DNA of 64,000 bases, taken from contig OZ024740.1 of NCBI GenBank assembly GCA_964016885.1, positions 225,122,001-225,186,000 of the forward strand. Direction: 5' to 3'. The notes beneath the pieces were generated by a model. It did no database searches and was not told the origin of the DNA. It saw only the letters and a list, made by a program, of their open reading frames with translations. The position numbers were made by a program, and so were the translations under genes. This DNA comes from Eledone cirrhosa (lineage: Eukaryota). Shown piece after piece: positions 40,177 through 52,859 of this stretch (positions are counted from its first letter, which is position 1; every line of letters begins with the position of its first letter).

Positions 40177-41060
40177 AGATCAAAAGATGGTTAAAGGAGT
40201 TCCATGTATTTTATTATGCGCATTTCAAAAACAAACATCATCATGCAATAATATTTGTGTTTTCATCAGATAAAACAGGAGAACATGATATGAAGGCTAA
40301 AAAACACTTGTGGATAGTGCTGTTTTAAATCAACATATGAAAAGTGGTTTTAGATTGATGTGTGATATTGGGAAAAATATTTTATTTAGAGAGGGGGGGG
40401 GGATGAAAAAGGGGAGGAGATGAGAGGGAGAGATGGGTGATAGAGAGAAAGAGATAGTTTTTATAACTGAGAGAAGATATATTGTTTTACATAGAGAGGT
40501 TGAAAACCGTTGGAAGATAATGTATAAATTAAAAGAATTTGAAAATTAACGAAGGGAAAGATATGTACGAGGAAAAAATATTTTATTTATGGAGGGGGGG
40601 GGGTGGAAAGGATGAAAAAAGGGGGAGGAGATGAGAGTGAAGGTGGAGAGGGAGAGATGGGTGATAGAGAGAAAGAGATAGTTTTTATAACTGAGAAAAG
40701 ATATATTGTTTTACATAGAGGGGGTGAGAACCGTTGGAAGATAATGTATAAATTAAAAGAATTTGAAAATTAACGAAGGGAAAAATATTTACGAGGAAAG
40801 AGAGGGAAAATATGAAGATAGAGAGAAAAAAAAATAATAATTGCGGATGAATATTCTAACGTCAAAAAAACAAATGTATATGTTATGAAGGATTTTACAA
40901 GGTGAAGATAGAAAGAGGGTAATGAGTAAACAAGTATTATAGAGTGTATAATGCCCTTTGAAGTAAGGTAGGAAGATGGGTATATTAAGAGATGTGTTTA
41001 ATACTTATGAAAGTTATCCAAATTTTGTTAGTGAAATTTGGTATATAATATATATCATAT
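40172..41060 (-). mobile_element. Hammerhead-bearing PLE-like element (same family as 15.4-15.8 kb) with internal ~200-bp tandem duplication
   Basis: Homology aagatggttaaa.gagttccat..tcatcagataaaa..acatgatatga; duplication 40372-40571 / 40572-40797; bounded by (TA)n. Confidence 0.7.
40209..40275 (-). ncRNA. Type I hammerhead ribozyme (predicted)
   Basis: TTTTAT-CTGATGA-AAACACAAATATTATT-GCAT-GATGATGTTTGTTTTT-GAAA-TGCGCA-TA^-ATAAAA; stem II pairs at 15 of 16 positions counting G-U. Confidence 0.8.
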
Positions 41061-41421
41061 GGACCACAATGATAATTCAACTCTGCCAGCCTTGTAACAT
41101 GTTATCTTATACTGAATCTCCCTGTGAGTTATGTTGTGGGAACACCTGCATGTAGAATACTCAGCCAATCACATGTTAATTTAATGAGTTGGAAATTCTG
41201 TTTATTGGAAACTGGGATACACATTATCAAATCCAACAAGGTTCATTTACTAATGGTATTATGATAATGAGGATATGGATAATCTGGGAGCTATTTGTGA
41301 ACTAGTGAAAACTGTGCATCAGTAAAAGAAGTATCAAACTGCAGTACACTATCTAAGTGTATTAATGAAGGAACCTGCATATGCTCAATTGAGAAATAGC
41401 ATCCAATTTTTCTGTTTATAA

Positions 41422-41620
41422 GAGGACTGGGTGAAAGGTTCATAGGCTGAAAAGTTTATAGGCCGACTAAGATACTCTCATGGAATGACCAAATGAGGTT
41501 TATTTTCAATATAATCCCTGAAAAGAAACAACGTAGTTATTAATAAGAAGAGTTGAAATTAATGCATGCAAAATTTTACTCCTTCATAGCCAGCCTATGA
41601 ACTTTTCAGCTGATCCTAAT
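41422..41620. mobile_element. Mariner-derived MITE
   Basis: TIR gctgaaaagtt.atagg / cctatgaacttttcagc; homologous to 45854-46294. Confidence 0.75.
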
Positions 41621-41974
41621 AGTATTTTTTCCATTTAAAAAATATAGGATGATCATAGTTGAATGTATTCGATCATAGCTGTGCTTTATTAGAAGTGATC
41701 TGGGTCTAATGAACAACAATAATAGAAATTACATGGAAGGAGGTGATGGCTAAGCTAGTTCTGGAGAGACATAGTCCTATAGCTGTGGATATAAGAGAAG
41801 CATGAGCAGATGAAATGATGTAAAACATGGTAGCTGGTTGAGATGAAGATAGTAACACTAACAGGGAAGAAGAAGTGAGATAGGAGGAGATAAGGAGGAG
41901 GATATTTGTAATGATGACTTGTTGAATAATAATATTATTAATAACAACAACAACAACAACAACAATCAGTAATA

Positions 41975-42350
41975 TAATTGTTTCTACTATTGGCACAAGG
42001 CCAGCAATTACCCCGTACATTACTGGTACTTTATTTTATCAACCCCGTAAGGATGAAAGGCAAAATTAACCTTGGCGGGATTTGAACTCAGAATGGCAAG
42101 GGCCGTAACTCTATGCGTCAAAGCAATCAGTGATATAATGATTTCTAGTATAGGCACAAGGCCAGTAATTTTGGGGGAGGTGAAAGTCGATTAAATTGAC
42201 CCCCGTGCGTAACTGCTACTTTTATTTTATCGACTCCGTAAGGATGAAAGGCAAAGTTAACCTCGGCGGGATTTGAACTCAGATCATAAGGGGCCGTAAC
42301 TCTATGCTGACAAAGCATGGCATCCGACCCTCTACTGATAGTGCCAATTG
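41975..42350 (-). mobile_element. Two adjacent SINE family A copies
   Basis: 41975-42125 and 42141-42350, reverse complement of consensus. Confidence 0.9.
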
Positions 42351-43188
42351 AACAAAAGCCAATATACATTTGTCTGTCACACACTAGAGATGACTGAGGA
42401 ATGAAGGGGTGATAACAAACTGCACAGAGCAGCATTTAACATTTGCTACACCTGTGTGTGTGTATGTATAGCGAATTGGCTACACACATTGGCTGTTATG
42501 ATTATGTGAGTGGTTGCGTGTGTGTATATGTGTATTTCTGAAAATGATATTTATATATAATATTTGTGTGAGTGTGTATGTGTTTGCGTTTCTTTATTTA
42601 GGAAGATACATAGACAAAATAATTACAAACACTCACAAATCTACACATACATATATATATAAACTGATGCACTTAGAAAAAATAATTATTTTACACACAC
42701 ACACATCTATGTGATGACTGGGGATGGAGGGGCTGAGAAACTATACAAGTCCAGCATTCTAAAATTCATCACACTTATGTGTCTATATGTGTAATGAATT
42801 GGCTACACACATTGGCTGTGTGTTTGTGTGTTTATATCACTTGTGTGAGTGACTGTGAAGGAAACAGCCAACAAACAAACAAACATTTGTTTTTAATATT
42901 ATGTATAGATATTGCAATTAGCCATCATTTTTGGCCACACAGACCCAGCTAGTAATAATAATAATAATAATAATTGTGATGTGACTTGTTAAGTGAATGT
43001 GAGTACAGAAGAAAGTAGAAAAAAAAGCTATCAAAACTGTCAAAACCAACGATGCCTGCCCTCAGTATCTGGTTCATACTCAGTAGTCATTGCACATAAA
43101 GTGAAATCAAAGAAAAATATAATAATAATAATAATAATAATGATTTCTTTATTTCTTTCTTTATTTATTTATTTATTTATTATAATAA

Positions 43189-43560
43189 TAATTGTTTCTA
43201 CTTTAGGCACAAGGCCAGCAATTACCCAGTGCATTACTGGTACTTTATTTTATCGACCCCGTAAGGATGAAAGGCAAAGTCAACCTTGGCAGGATTTGAA
43301 CTTGGATCGTAAATGGACGTAACTATGCTGGAAAGCATGGCGTCTGACCCTCTACCGATACTGCCAATCCACATAATTGTTTCTACTTTTGGAACAAGGC
43401 CAGCAATTATCCCAGTGTATTACTGGTACTTTATTTTATCGACCCCGTAAGGATGAAAGGCAAAGTTAACTTCGGCGGGATTTGAACTCAGACCATAAAG
43501 GGCCGTAACTCTTTGCTGCAAAGGATAGCGTCCGACCCTCTACTGATACTACCAATTCAC
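43189..43560 (-). mobile_element. Two head-to-tail SINE family A copies within (AAT)n
   Basis: 43189-43372 and 43374-43560. Confidence 0.92.
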
Positions 43561-43671
43561 AATAATAATAATAATAATAGGATAGTGATTGTGATATTGA
43601 TAATTCTGGTATAATTGGTCATCCATTGTATAAAATCCACATTTGTATAAGGAGTGTGTAGTGAGTAAGCT

Positions 43672-43725
43672 AATATTAATTAGAAGTTAACTTGAATATA
43701 TTCAAGTTAACTTCTAATTAATATT
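43672..43725. repeat. Perfect 54-bp spacerless palindrome
   Basis: aatattaattagaagttaacttgaata|tattcaagttaacttctaattaatatt. Confidence 0.97.
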
Positions 43726-43896
43726 TGTTTCTCTATTTTGTCTCATACCTAATTTTGATATATTTTATGTTACCTTCTTGGGGGAAATAATTGTTTCTGA
43801 CATGATCAAAAAGCCAGCAATTTGGGATAAGGATGAGTCAATTATATAAATAACAGTACGTTAAAGCCCAGTATTTTAAACCCCAGCACTTGACTA

Positions 43897-44700
43897 TTCA
43901 TCGTCATCATGATTATAACCAGTCAAACCTTCTTAACAAAGTCTGTAAACAATTCACAATTATCCATCGTCCCTGCAATTGCTCGCTTCTGAAGTTTGTA
44001 TCATCTACGAGATGATTGAAGTTTTTGAGGAGGTTGTCCACTTCTGCATCTCCTGTGAGTTAGTTTCCACAATAATAGGTTGTGTACACCTTCCTACTTA
44101 TTTCTCTAGCACTGTCCTGCAATTTGTAACTGTCTTTGAGCAATTCTAGTTGTTATCATGGGCAAGTTTCCATATAAACTTTCATTTGTAATATGCTGAT
44201 GAAAATAAATATTTTGTGCAGCTCTAACATTTGCTTCAGCATAGATGTCAGCTCCAAAATTTCATTCATAAACTACCCAGTTTAATCTTCATAACTAGTC
44301 CTTAAGGGTTTTTCTTTAAAAAGCAGGCACCATTCTGATGAAATCATTTGATCCAGGTCTAAGGAAATTTACATCTTCCTATCTCTTCCTTACATGTCCC
44401 AGAAGCTCTGGAAATGGTCATATTTCCAATACTGACTAAACCACTAAAATAAGATTTGTAGGATATAATCCTTAAAACCAATAATTTTAATAGTCATTCC
44501 TGTTGGATGAATAAGCAAAAATCCAACTGAATCCCCAAGGATCAAGATGGTAGCTATGCTACTACAACTTCTGATCATCAACAACCATAAATGCACAGGA
44601 ATAACTGAAACTGTTTCAAAATTTGGAGATCAGACTGCCAATGCTGGAAATTATGGTGAGATAAGCAGACGCTATTATTCAGCAATGGGGAAAGAAATGG
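43897..44700 (-). mobile_element. RTE-type LINE 3' part, highly decayed
   Basis: QHITNESLYGNLP; SGQP...LVDDT...TMDN; (TGA)-like tail at ~43900. Confidence 0.6.
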
Positions 44701-45853
44701 TTGACCTGATTAATTGATTTATTGATTGATTGATTAATTGATTGAACCTTCTATGCTTTAGCTATTTGTTTGATGTCCTATTACTTCATCCATTAACTTT
44801 AACAATTTGATTGGCTTGAGGTAACCCATACATTCAGTCACCCTTCAGTTTAAACTGGACCCATACACACTGTAGCTGTTTGTATGATGAGCAATAAGTG
44901 AGTTGCTTTTTTTATAATTTTAAACATCATCGCAATCTAATTTTTATACAATTGAAGGATCTGGTAGGGGTTATAATATGATATTACTTTCTGTTATTAG
45001 AGTTAGTTATACATTTATCTTCATTTTATTATTTTCAGTTCCATGTATAATTTAATATATTATATCTCACCTATTTCAATATAATTTGCCAAATATTAAA
45101 ATAAAAGCAGCAATGCAGTTGTTTATACAGCAAAATTTGAAATTTTAAATTAGCAATTGAAAAATGGTTATTTTCAGAGAAAATTCAATTTTTCTCCTTT
45201 GAAATAATCTGGGCTTTAATATAACAGGTAATTTTACAAATATAGTCATAAGATCTGTCAGTGGAAAAAGAAAAATCAATAGATATTTCGAAAAACCAAT
45301 AAACCATTATATTCTCAATAACTAAGGGAAAGATAAAAGAAGTAGAGAAATGAAATTTTGTTAAATTAGATAAACTGTAATGGATTAATGTGAAAATGTT
45401 TATTTTAACTTTAGTTTATTTATATTACAGGAAAGTTGTGTATTTCTCATATCCACTTGAATATATTTATATTAGTTACTCTTTTCTGGATTTTCTATTC
45501 TGCTGTTTAAATTAATAAAATGAATACTTTTCATAGCATTGATTTCAAATAAACTCACACCATAGCTCATAATACCTGAGAGAATATATTACTAATCCTA
45601 GCTATTATTAATTTTCTAAACTAATAATTTGGTGCAGTATTATATATTTTATGGTGTAATGCATAAGCTGTGGTATATTACACATTAGAACATCTCTTAA
45701 AATCTAACACTAACATGTTAATTTTGTGCGTAGAATATTTTTTTTCTTTTCAAAATGTACACTCAGAAAATATTTCAATTAATTGAATGCAATTCAAATC
45801 AATTATCATAATTTCTCAACTTGGCTGAGTGGATAGAGTCACTGACAATGAAA

Positions 45854-46294
45854 TACAAGGGTTCACTGAAAAGTTCATTGGCTGACTATGAAGGAGGGAT
45901 GTTAGAGCTGTCAGATCTTGCATGCATTAATTTTGAATATTCTTATTAATAACTGCATTGTTTCTTTCTAGGGATCATGTTGAAAATTATGCTCCATTTG
46001 ATCATTCCATGAGAGTATCATAATCAGCCTTTGAACTTTTCAGCCAACAATCATATATACATTGGGGGGGGGGGGGAACATGCATGTATATATACAAATG
46101 TCAGTTGAAAAGTTCATAGGCTGATTATAAAGGAGTGATGCTAGAGCTGTGACATCTTGCATGTATTAATTTCAACTCTTCTTATTAGTAACTGCATTGT
46201 TTCTTTCTACTGACTATGTTGAAAAATAAACTTCATTTGGTCATCCCATGAGAGTATCTTGGTCAGCCTATCAACTTTTCAGCTGACCCTTGTA
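45854..46294. mobile_element. Two tandem mariner-derived MITE copies
   Basis: 45854-46055 and 46093-46294; TIR tgaaaagttcat.ggctga / tcagcct.t.aacttttcagc, TA ends. Confidence 0.8.
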
Positions 46295-46668
46295 GATCTG
46301 GTAATTTGCATGTTGTTATTGGTTTGATACTTTATCAATGTCCATGATACATAGCTTTCAGCACTGTAATATCTATAAGGCTGACTAAGCCATAGTCTAG
46401 GGAATTGCATTCTGAATTGAATTTCTGCTATGGCCAACTTGGTTGACAGACTTAATCCCTCACCTCAGGCCTTTAGATGCTTTTAGTGAAGTTCACTCTG
46501 TTGCTAGCATTTGAGCCAAAGTTCTGGTTTAGGGATATCATCCTTCCTCCCTCCCACCAGTCTTGAAGGCCTTAAAATGCGAACATGGCATGATATTTCC
46601 CTCCCTTACTAAATATCAAAATATAAAATAAATAAAAGTTTTTTTTTAAATAAGCAGATTATTTCTAA

Positions 46669-46852
46669 TAATTGTTTCTACTTTTGGCACAAGGCCAGCA
46701 ATTACCTAGTACATTACTGGTACTTTATTTTATCGACCCCGTAAGGATGAAAGGCAAAGTTAACCTCGGCGGGATTTGAACACAGACCGTAAAGGGACGT
46801 AACTATGCTGGAAAGCATGGCGTCCGACTCTCTACTGATACTGCCAATCCAC
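46669..46852 (-). mobile_element. SINE family A
   Basis: Reverse complement of consensus. Confidence 0.92.
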
Positions 46853-47734
46853 AATGGCACAAAAATAATGTTGTACAAACACAACACTAAGAACAATGGA
46901 AGCATTTGTATTAATTTGTTTGCTTATTTTCTAAAATAGAAATAGAAAAATAATGATGTCCAGTAGAATTATAAAAAGGCCAACTCTATCTAATTGATAG
47001 GTTACAGTATTTTGAGAACACATCTATCATAGTCAATGCTGAATTCATTTTGAATTGATTCAGTAAATTCAATGAAGAGAAAGAGTGTTGTTACAATAAG
47101 ACACTCTAAAGTAAGTAATTACTAATTCTCGGTTCTATTAATATGAAGTCTTTCAGGAGATAATAAGTTTATGGTTTTGAATAAAATTCATTTAAAAATC
47201 TGTCAGCTTTCAATGTTATATTCATTATTGCAAAATCAAATAGTATTTAACACAATAAGGAAAAATATCTATGAAATTAGAGATTTCATCAAGAAGGTCT
47301 GATAGCCTTGTCATATCTGAAGTAGTGGTGATTCAGTGGTATGTATCTTAATAGAAATATCTTGTATTTTATATAAAATAAATTGTGTGAAATTTAATGT
47401 ATGTGCTTTATAAAGCAACCTATGTTATGAAGGAGCTATTTATCAAAGCAACAATGGTGGTGAATTGGCAGAGCCATTAGAGTGTAGGATAAAACACCTT
47501 GTAGTGTTATTCTGGATCTCTGCACACTGTGTTCAAATCCTATCATTTTGGGTTCACTAAAATAATGCATTTGTCAAGGCTGGTTGATTGGCAGAAATGT
47601 TAGAGATATAAGTTGCAGTGCAGTGCAGTGATATGGTCCTTAATTGTACAGCCATACCTGCTCAGCTCAAGTATACTTTTTATCCATTTGGTAGGTTAAT
47701 AAAACAAATGTTTATAATATTTCATGGATCAATT

Positions 47735-48030
47735 TAAAACCTTTGAATCCTAACTCCTTCCATGTGTTCAATCTCTAATTCTGGATACCTACATGAATAT
47801 CATTGAAAAGTAATATTCATCATTTAAACTTTAACACAATTAATAATAACTGTATGAACGTGACAAAAATCATGGCAATATTTTCTCAAAGAATTCAGTT
47901 TAGTGACTCATGCAGAAATTAATGTAAATAATGCTAGTAAACAGAATTGCATGACAGAATGAAATACAAGGAAGGCAGGATATAGTCAAACATAATTGGA
48001 ACTAGAATATCAGCCTGAAAGGTTTAAAGC
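47735..48030. mobile_element. Old MITE-like repeat (copy of 36265-36590)
   Basis: See 36265-36590; ends aaacctttga..tgaaaggtttaaa. Confidence 0.55.
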
Positions 48031-48393
48031 ATATAATAAAGAATATAATATCCCTCACTAAAAAAACTGAGATTTGAATCAAATATTGCACAGCATTCCA
48101 ATACAGTGTTTGTGGCTATTGTAACTATATGTAAGAATAATTACAAACCAGCAACATGGACATATTATCCAGGTCTTCATTGCGAACTAATTATATCAAC
48201 CAATATGTTAGTGTGGGATTGAACATTCAGTCTACCATAGCCCTGCCTGATGTATGACTCACATCTCATTGTACAATTAATGGACGATTATCAGACTACT
48301 TATTAAACTGTACATATAAAAACGATAGATTTTCCTTGTGTGTTGGATTGACTCTTTTCACGTCTCATGTGTTTATATTTAAAATACAAGTAC

Positions 48394-50262
48394 TGGTGTA
48401 GCAGCATCATCATTAACTGCTACAAGGGTAAAGGAGATGCTCTTGATAGGGGTAACTATAGAGGCATTAAATTAATCGACCAGGCCATGAAGGTCACAGA
48501 AAAAGTAATAGCGCAACTAATTCAGAGAATGAATTGATCTAGATGAAATGCAGTTCGGGTTTGTGTCAGGTAAAAGTACCACAGATGCTCTTTTCATTGT
48601 ACAACAACTACAGGAGAAGTACCTAGCTAAAAGTAAACCCCTATACTTAGCTTTTGTTGACTTGGAGAAAGCCTTTGACAGAGTCCCCCACTCCATTATC
48701 TGGTGGGTGCTTAGAAAACTAGGTGTTGATGAATGGCTTGTGACAGCTATACAAGCCATGTATAAAGAAACAGTCAGCAAGGTTAGAATTAACAACGAAT
48801 ATAGTGAAGAGTTTAGCGTAAAAGTTGGTGTTCATCAGGGCTCCGTTCTTAGCCCCCTACTATTTATTATTGCCCTTCAGGCTATAACAGAGGATTTCAA
48901 TACTGGCTGCCTATGGGAACTCCTATATGCAGATGATCTAGCGCTCATAGCTGAATCAATGGCTCAACTAGAGGAGAAATTCCAAACATGGAAGCATGGC
49001 CTAGAATCAAAAGGCCTTAAAGTTAACTTGTCTAAGAATAAAGTTCTAGTTTGTTGGAAGGAAAATAGGGCACTGGTCCCATCTGGGAAATGGCCATGCT
49101 CAGTGTGTAGGAAAGGAGTAGGCAGAACCTCCATTGTATGTCCCAAATGCAAAGTATGGGTGCATAAAAGATGTAGTGAGATCACAGGTAAGCTAACTAA
49201 GAATATAGATTTTATATGTGGCTGGTGCTCTGGTGCAATAAGTAGCAGCAAGTGCCCACAGAATACTAGCTCATTCCATTGCACAGATGGTTCTATAGAA
49301 ATAGTGGACACCTTCCGTTACCTGGGTGACAAAAACAGCAGTGGGGGAGGGTGTTCTGAAAGTACAGTAGCTATAGTCAGAACGGGATGGAAAAAGTTCA
49401 GAGAGCTTATACCACTATTGGCCGCTAAAGGGTTCTCTCTAAAAATGAAAGGCAGGTTATATGATGCCTGCATACGAACAGCAATGTTACATGGCAGTGA
49501 GACCTGGGCATTGTGTGCAGAGGATATACGCAGACTGGAGAGAAACGAAGCTTGCATGCTCCGCTGGATGTGTAATAGTAATATACGTGAACGACAAAGC
49601 ATAAAAGAACTAAGGGAGAAATTAGGGATCAGATGTTGTTTACTCGAGAGAAGACTACATTGGTACGGTCACGTGCTGCTCATGAAAGACGACAGCTGTA
49701 TAAAAAAGTGCAGGGCGGTAAAAATAGACGGTAGCTATGGAGTAGGCAGACCCAGAAAAACCTGGGACGACTTGATAAATTCCGATCTCACACACTTACA
49801 CCTCTCCAAGACAATGTCACTGGACCGAGATCTTTGGCGCTTCACAGTAATACAGAAGACCCGCCTTGCCTAAGTACAAAGCGAAACCTACAGTCAGTAG
49901 GCACCTCTTAACAAAAATACACCCCCGTCCCACTATCTCCACCCCATCTACACCACCTCCTTAAATGTAAAGTTATGTTGGTACCACAACATCCAGTCCG
50001 AAACAAATGAGGTCGTGTAGGTGTCACGACAAAGAAACACACAGTCCACGCTGTAATGTGGCCGTGTAGGTAACACGGTAGAAACCCCCCAGTCCACACT
50101 GTACATGTGGTTGGTGTTAGGAAGGGCATCCAGCCGTAGAAAACCCGCCAGACAGTCCTATTTGAGCAGGACAACCAATCTTGCCTCAAGTGGGAAAACT
50201 CCCGTCCAAACCCATGCAAGCGTGGAAGATGGACATTAAACGATGATGATGCTGATGATGAT
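48394..50262 (+). mobile_element. RTE LINE subfamily A, 5'-truncated
   Basis: Starts in CYKGKGDALDRGNYRGIKL; RT ORF; ~390-bp 3' UTR; (TGA)n tail. Confidence 0.97.
48548..49873 (+). pseudogene. RTE reverse transcriptase ORF remnant (441 aa open; N-terminus lost, upstream frameshift)
   Basis: QFGF..FVDLEKAFD..GVHQGSVLSPLLF..LLYADDL..FRYLG..MLHGSETW..WYGHV..GRPRKTW. Confidence 0.93.
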
Positions 50263-50653
50263 ATGTTTCCAGTGACCAAGTTTTGTTCCTCACTTACTAT
50301 CTAGTAGAATTATTCCTCCTCGTACTGACTACATCCAAGATATCAAATGGATTTATTTGTTTCCCTAATTATCTACTCAACTCTAGTTGTCTAGTATCAG
50401 CAAAGTTATGAAATGTGTGTATATGTTCTCTTTTCATTTATTGCAACTGAATTCTAAAGATTCTGATTTGAGAGGTTTGTGTAGTAGTAACCTGGAAAGT
50501 ATGTATATCAAGATGTTAAGAAAGTACTTATCATGTAGGGGTGGTGGCTATGGAGGTTGAAGTTAGCTGTGGCAACACATTTTGCCTTGCAAATACCCAG
50601 GTGGTGTTTTTTCTGGTTTCAATATTTTGTTTTGCAGGCAATTTATGATAGAC

Positions 50654-51105
50654 ATCATCATCATCATTTTCCGTTTGCTTTTCCCTGCTTGCAAGGGTGG
50701 GACTGTATAGGTTAGATGGGTTGTCTTGTTGTGGGCAGTGGCCAGTCGGCTGATCTTGTCTTGCTCATACGGGAACTGATTCTGGCTTGATTTCTACAGC
50801 TGGATGCCCTTCCTAACACCAACCTCATTTACAGTGAGTGCTGGGTGCTTTTTCTCCGTGGCGTTTACACGTCCACTTTACAGTGTGGACTGGGTGCTTT
50901 TTTTGCCATGGCACCTCCACAACCACTTTGCAGTGGAATGAGAGGGACCACAGTCCTATCACCTCATTTATACAGCTGAGTAAACTGGAGCCATGTGAAA
51001 TAAAGTGTCTTGCTCAAGGAAACAACACATCACCCGATCCAAGAATTGAACTCACAACCTTTCGATTGCAAGCCCAATGCTCTAACTACTAAGCCATGCA
51101 CCTTC
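50654..51105 (-). mobile_element. SINE family B, long-tail variant
   Basis: Reverse complement of family B with extra RTE-A 3' UTR-like segments. Confidence 0.88.
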
Positions 51106-51169
51106 AAGTGCGTATACAATTTGTTATAATAGATAGATCACTGTTTTTTTGTGGTTTATTGGTAAGAGA

Positions 51170-51730
51170 CTGAAGCCCGAAGAGCTAGCATAGTTCAGGA
51201 TGGATCTAATATATAATTTGTAAACCATTGTTATTATATTTCATTCTTGGCCAAATAGATTAGCTATGACAGCTCTAAGAATATTTGGGCATTGTTTTTT
51301 TGCTTTTTTTACTATGTCTTCTTTGTGTATTCTAAATATTCTGGAAGTATTGCATGTAATTCTTAGTTTTTTTATCCTTGTATGTTTGCATGTGTATGTG
51401 CATCTGTGTATGCTGCATGTCTGTGTGTTCAATGTGATGGCAGTATTTGATAAGAAGCAAGATAGTATGTATTACTTTAATCTTGTTATTTTTTAACTAG
51501 ATTTTTAGAGGATTTATGTAGAGTTGAATATTGAGTGATGTGAGTATGATGTTGTCTTCATATACAGTTGTTTGTATGTTTGGGGAAGATGTGGGATGAT
51601 TGTGTTGTTTTCCATTAACAAGAATGTGTGAGTGGATAGATTCCTTTCAAATGGCTGCATGAATACATCCTTTCTGATGTCTTTTGCTATTACAGTTTTA
51701 AAGTTTCTCATCGGTAATATATTGGAATGG
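51170..51730 (-). mobile_element. Decayed LINE RT fragment (I/Jockey/CR1 group)
   Basis: Frameshifted YEDNIILTS (YADD-like), KLRIT..IF..H..IVKKAK..NILRA...FGQ. Confidence 0.45.
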
Positions 51731-52639
51731 TTTCTTATTAGGTCACTCCACCCTCAAAAAGGCACAGTAAACCCAAGAGGAGAGGAAAACCCAGGGTAAA
51801 AGTTAAAAGAGAAATTTACCTATGGGATTTGAGCAAAATAAAAGATATGATATTAACAGTTTCCCAAAGCAGCAGTATGAATATAAAATGAAAATAGCTG
51901 CAGCTGGGAACTGAAATTAAATTTTGTATCAACAATCAACAAAGCATTTTCTGTTTTGCCATTGAGAAAGGTTAAACTGAATAGTGTATAAGGCAGGTTA
52001 TCTGGCTAATACTCAGAAAAGGTGAAACCTTATTGTATCATCCTTTATACATAATACCTGGAGACAGGCTTTCACCCTTTCAAAAGTAGCTTTAAGAATA
52101 CTATTATTAAAAAAATCATCCTTTATTGATATATTCATACAACTCTAGCATGAAAGATTATCAGGATCTACATCGCCATCTTTTACTATCTCATCTCACA
52201 TGAGGATTCTGTCATCTTAAGTTTACCATTTTCAACAGACTTGTTCAATATATGGATATATATCTAAATCAAAGCTTATGGCAAGAACTAATCTTGTACA
52301 AGAGAAATCTCATTAATAATTGGAAGCAGAAGAAATGAATAATTTTAATCTATGACAGTTTCTATGTCTATCCTTTTGTGGAATACAAAAGTCTGTCAAA
52401 TACACAATCGATTGTGAATAATTTACATTAGAGAGGATCAATAGGGAACAATTAGAAAGCGTCCATTCTTCACTAATCAGCAATGAATGATAGAATTCTC
52501 ATAATTATTACGAGTATTATCCTCAGCTTCCGGGTCATAAGATCACATCCCAATGCAAGCATTATGTTACATGGGTTTGGAAAGACACTTAACTCTACTT
52601 GACTAACGATTCATTCCAATATAAGAAATTCTCATTAAT

Positions 52640-52830
52640 ATCAGAGACAGCAATGACGATGACCATGTCAGCTTCTTCTTCTGCTTCTTCTTTTTCTTCT
52701 TCTTCTTCCATTTCTTGTCCTCCTCCTCCTCCTTTTTCTGTTCCTCCTTCTCCTCCTCCTCCCACTCCCATGATCTTCATTCCACTCACCCCCCTCATCA
52801 CTCCTCCTCATCCCTTTTCTTTTAGCGTTT
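52640..52830. repeat. (TTC)n/(TCC)n low-complexity tract
   Basis: Direct reading. Confidence 0.8.
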
Positions 52831-52859
52831 GTAACTCTGTAGCTAGAAACGCAAGTCCC

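Noticed and set aside
48548-49873. Functional or domesticated RT gene
   Set aside because: 5'-truncated, lacks the endonuclease, has a frameshift just upstream of the Met, and ends in a standard RTE tail
52595-52801. VIVIAVSDINEN resembles a cadherin DxNDN motif (octopus protocadherin expansion)
   Set aside because: Sits in a TCC/TTC low-complexity tract, lacks the following Pro and other cadherin motifs, and the frame closes at once
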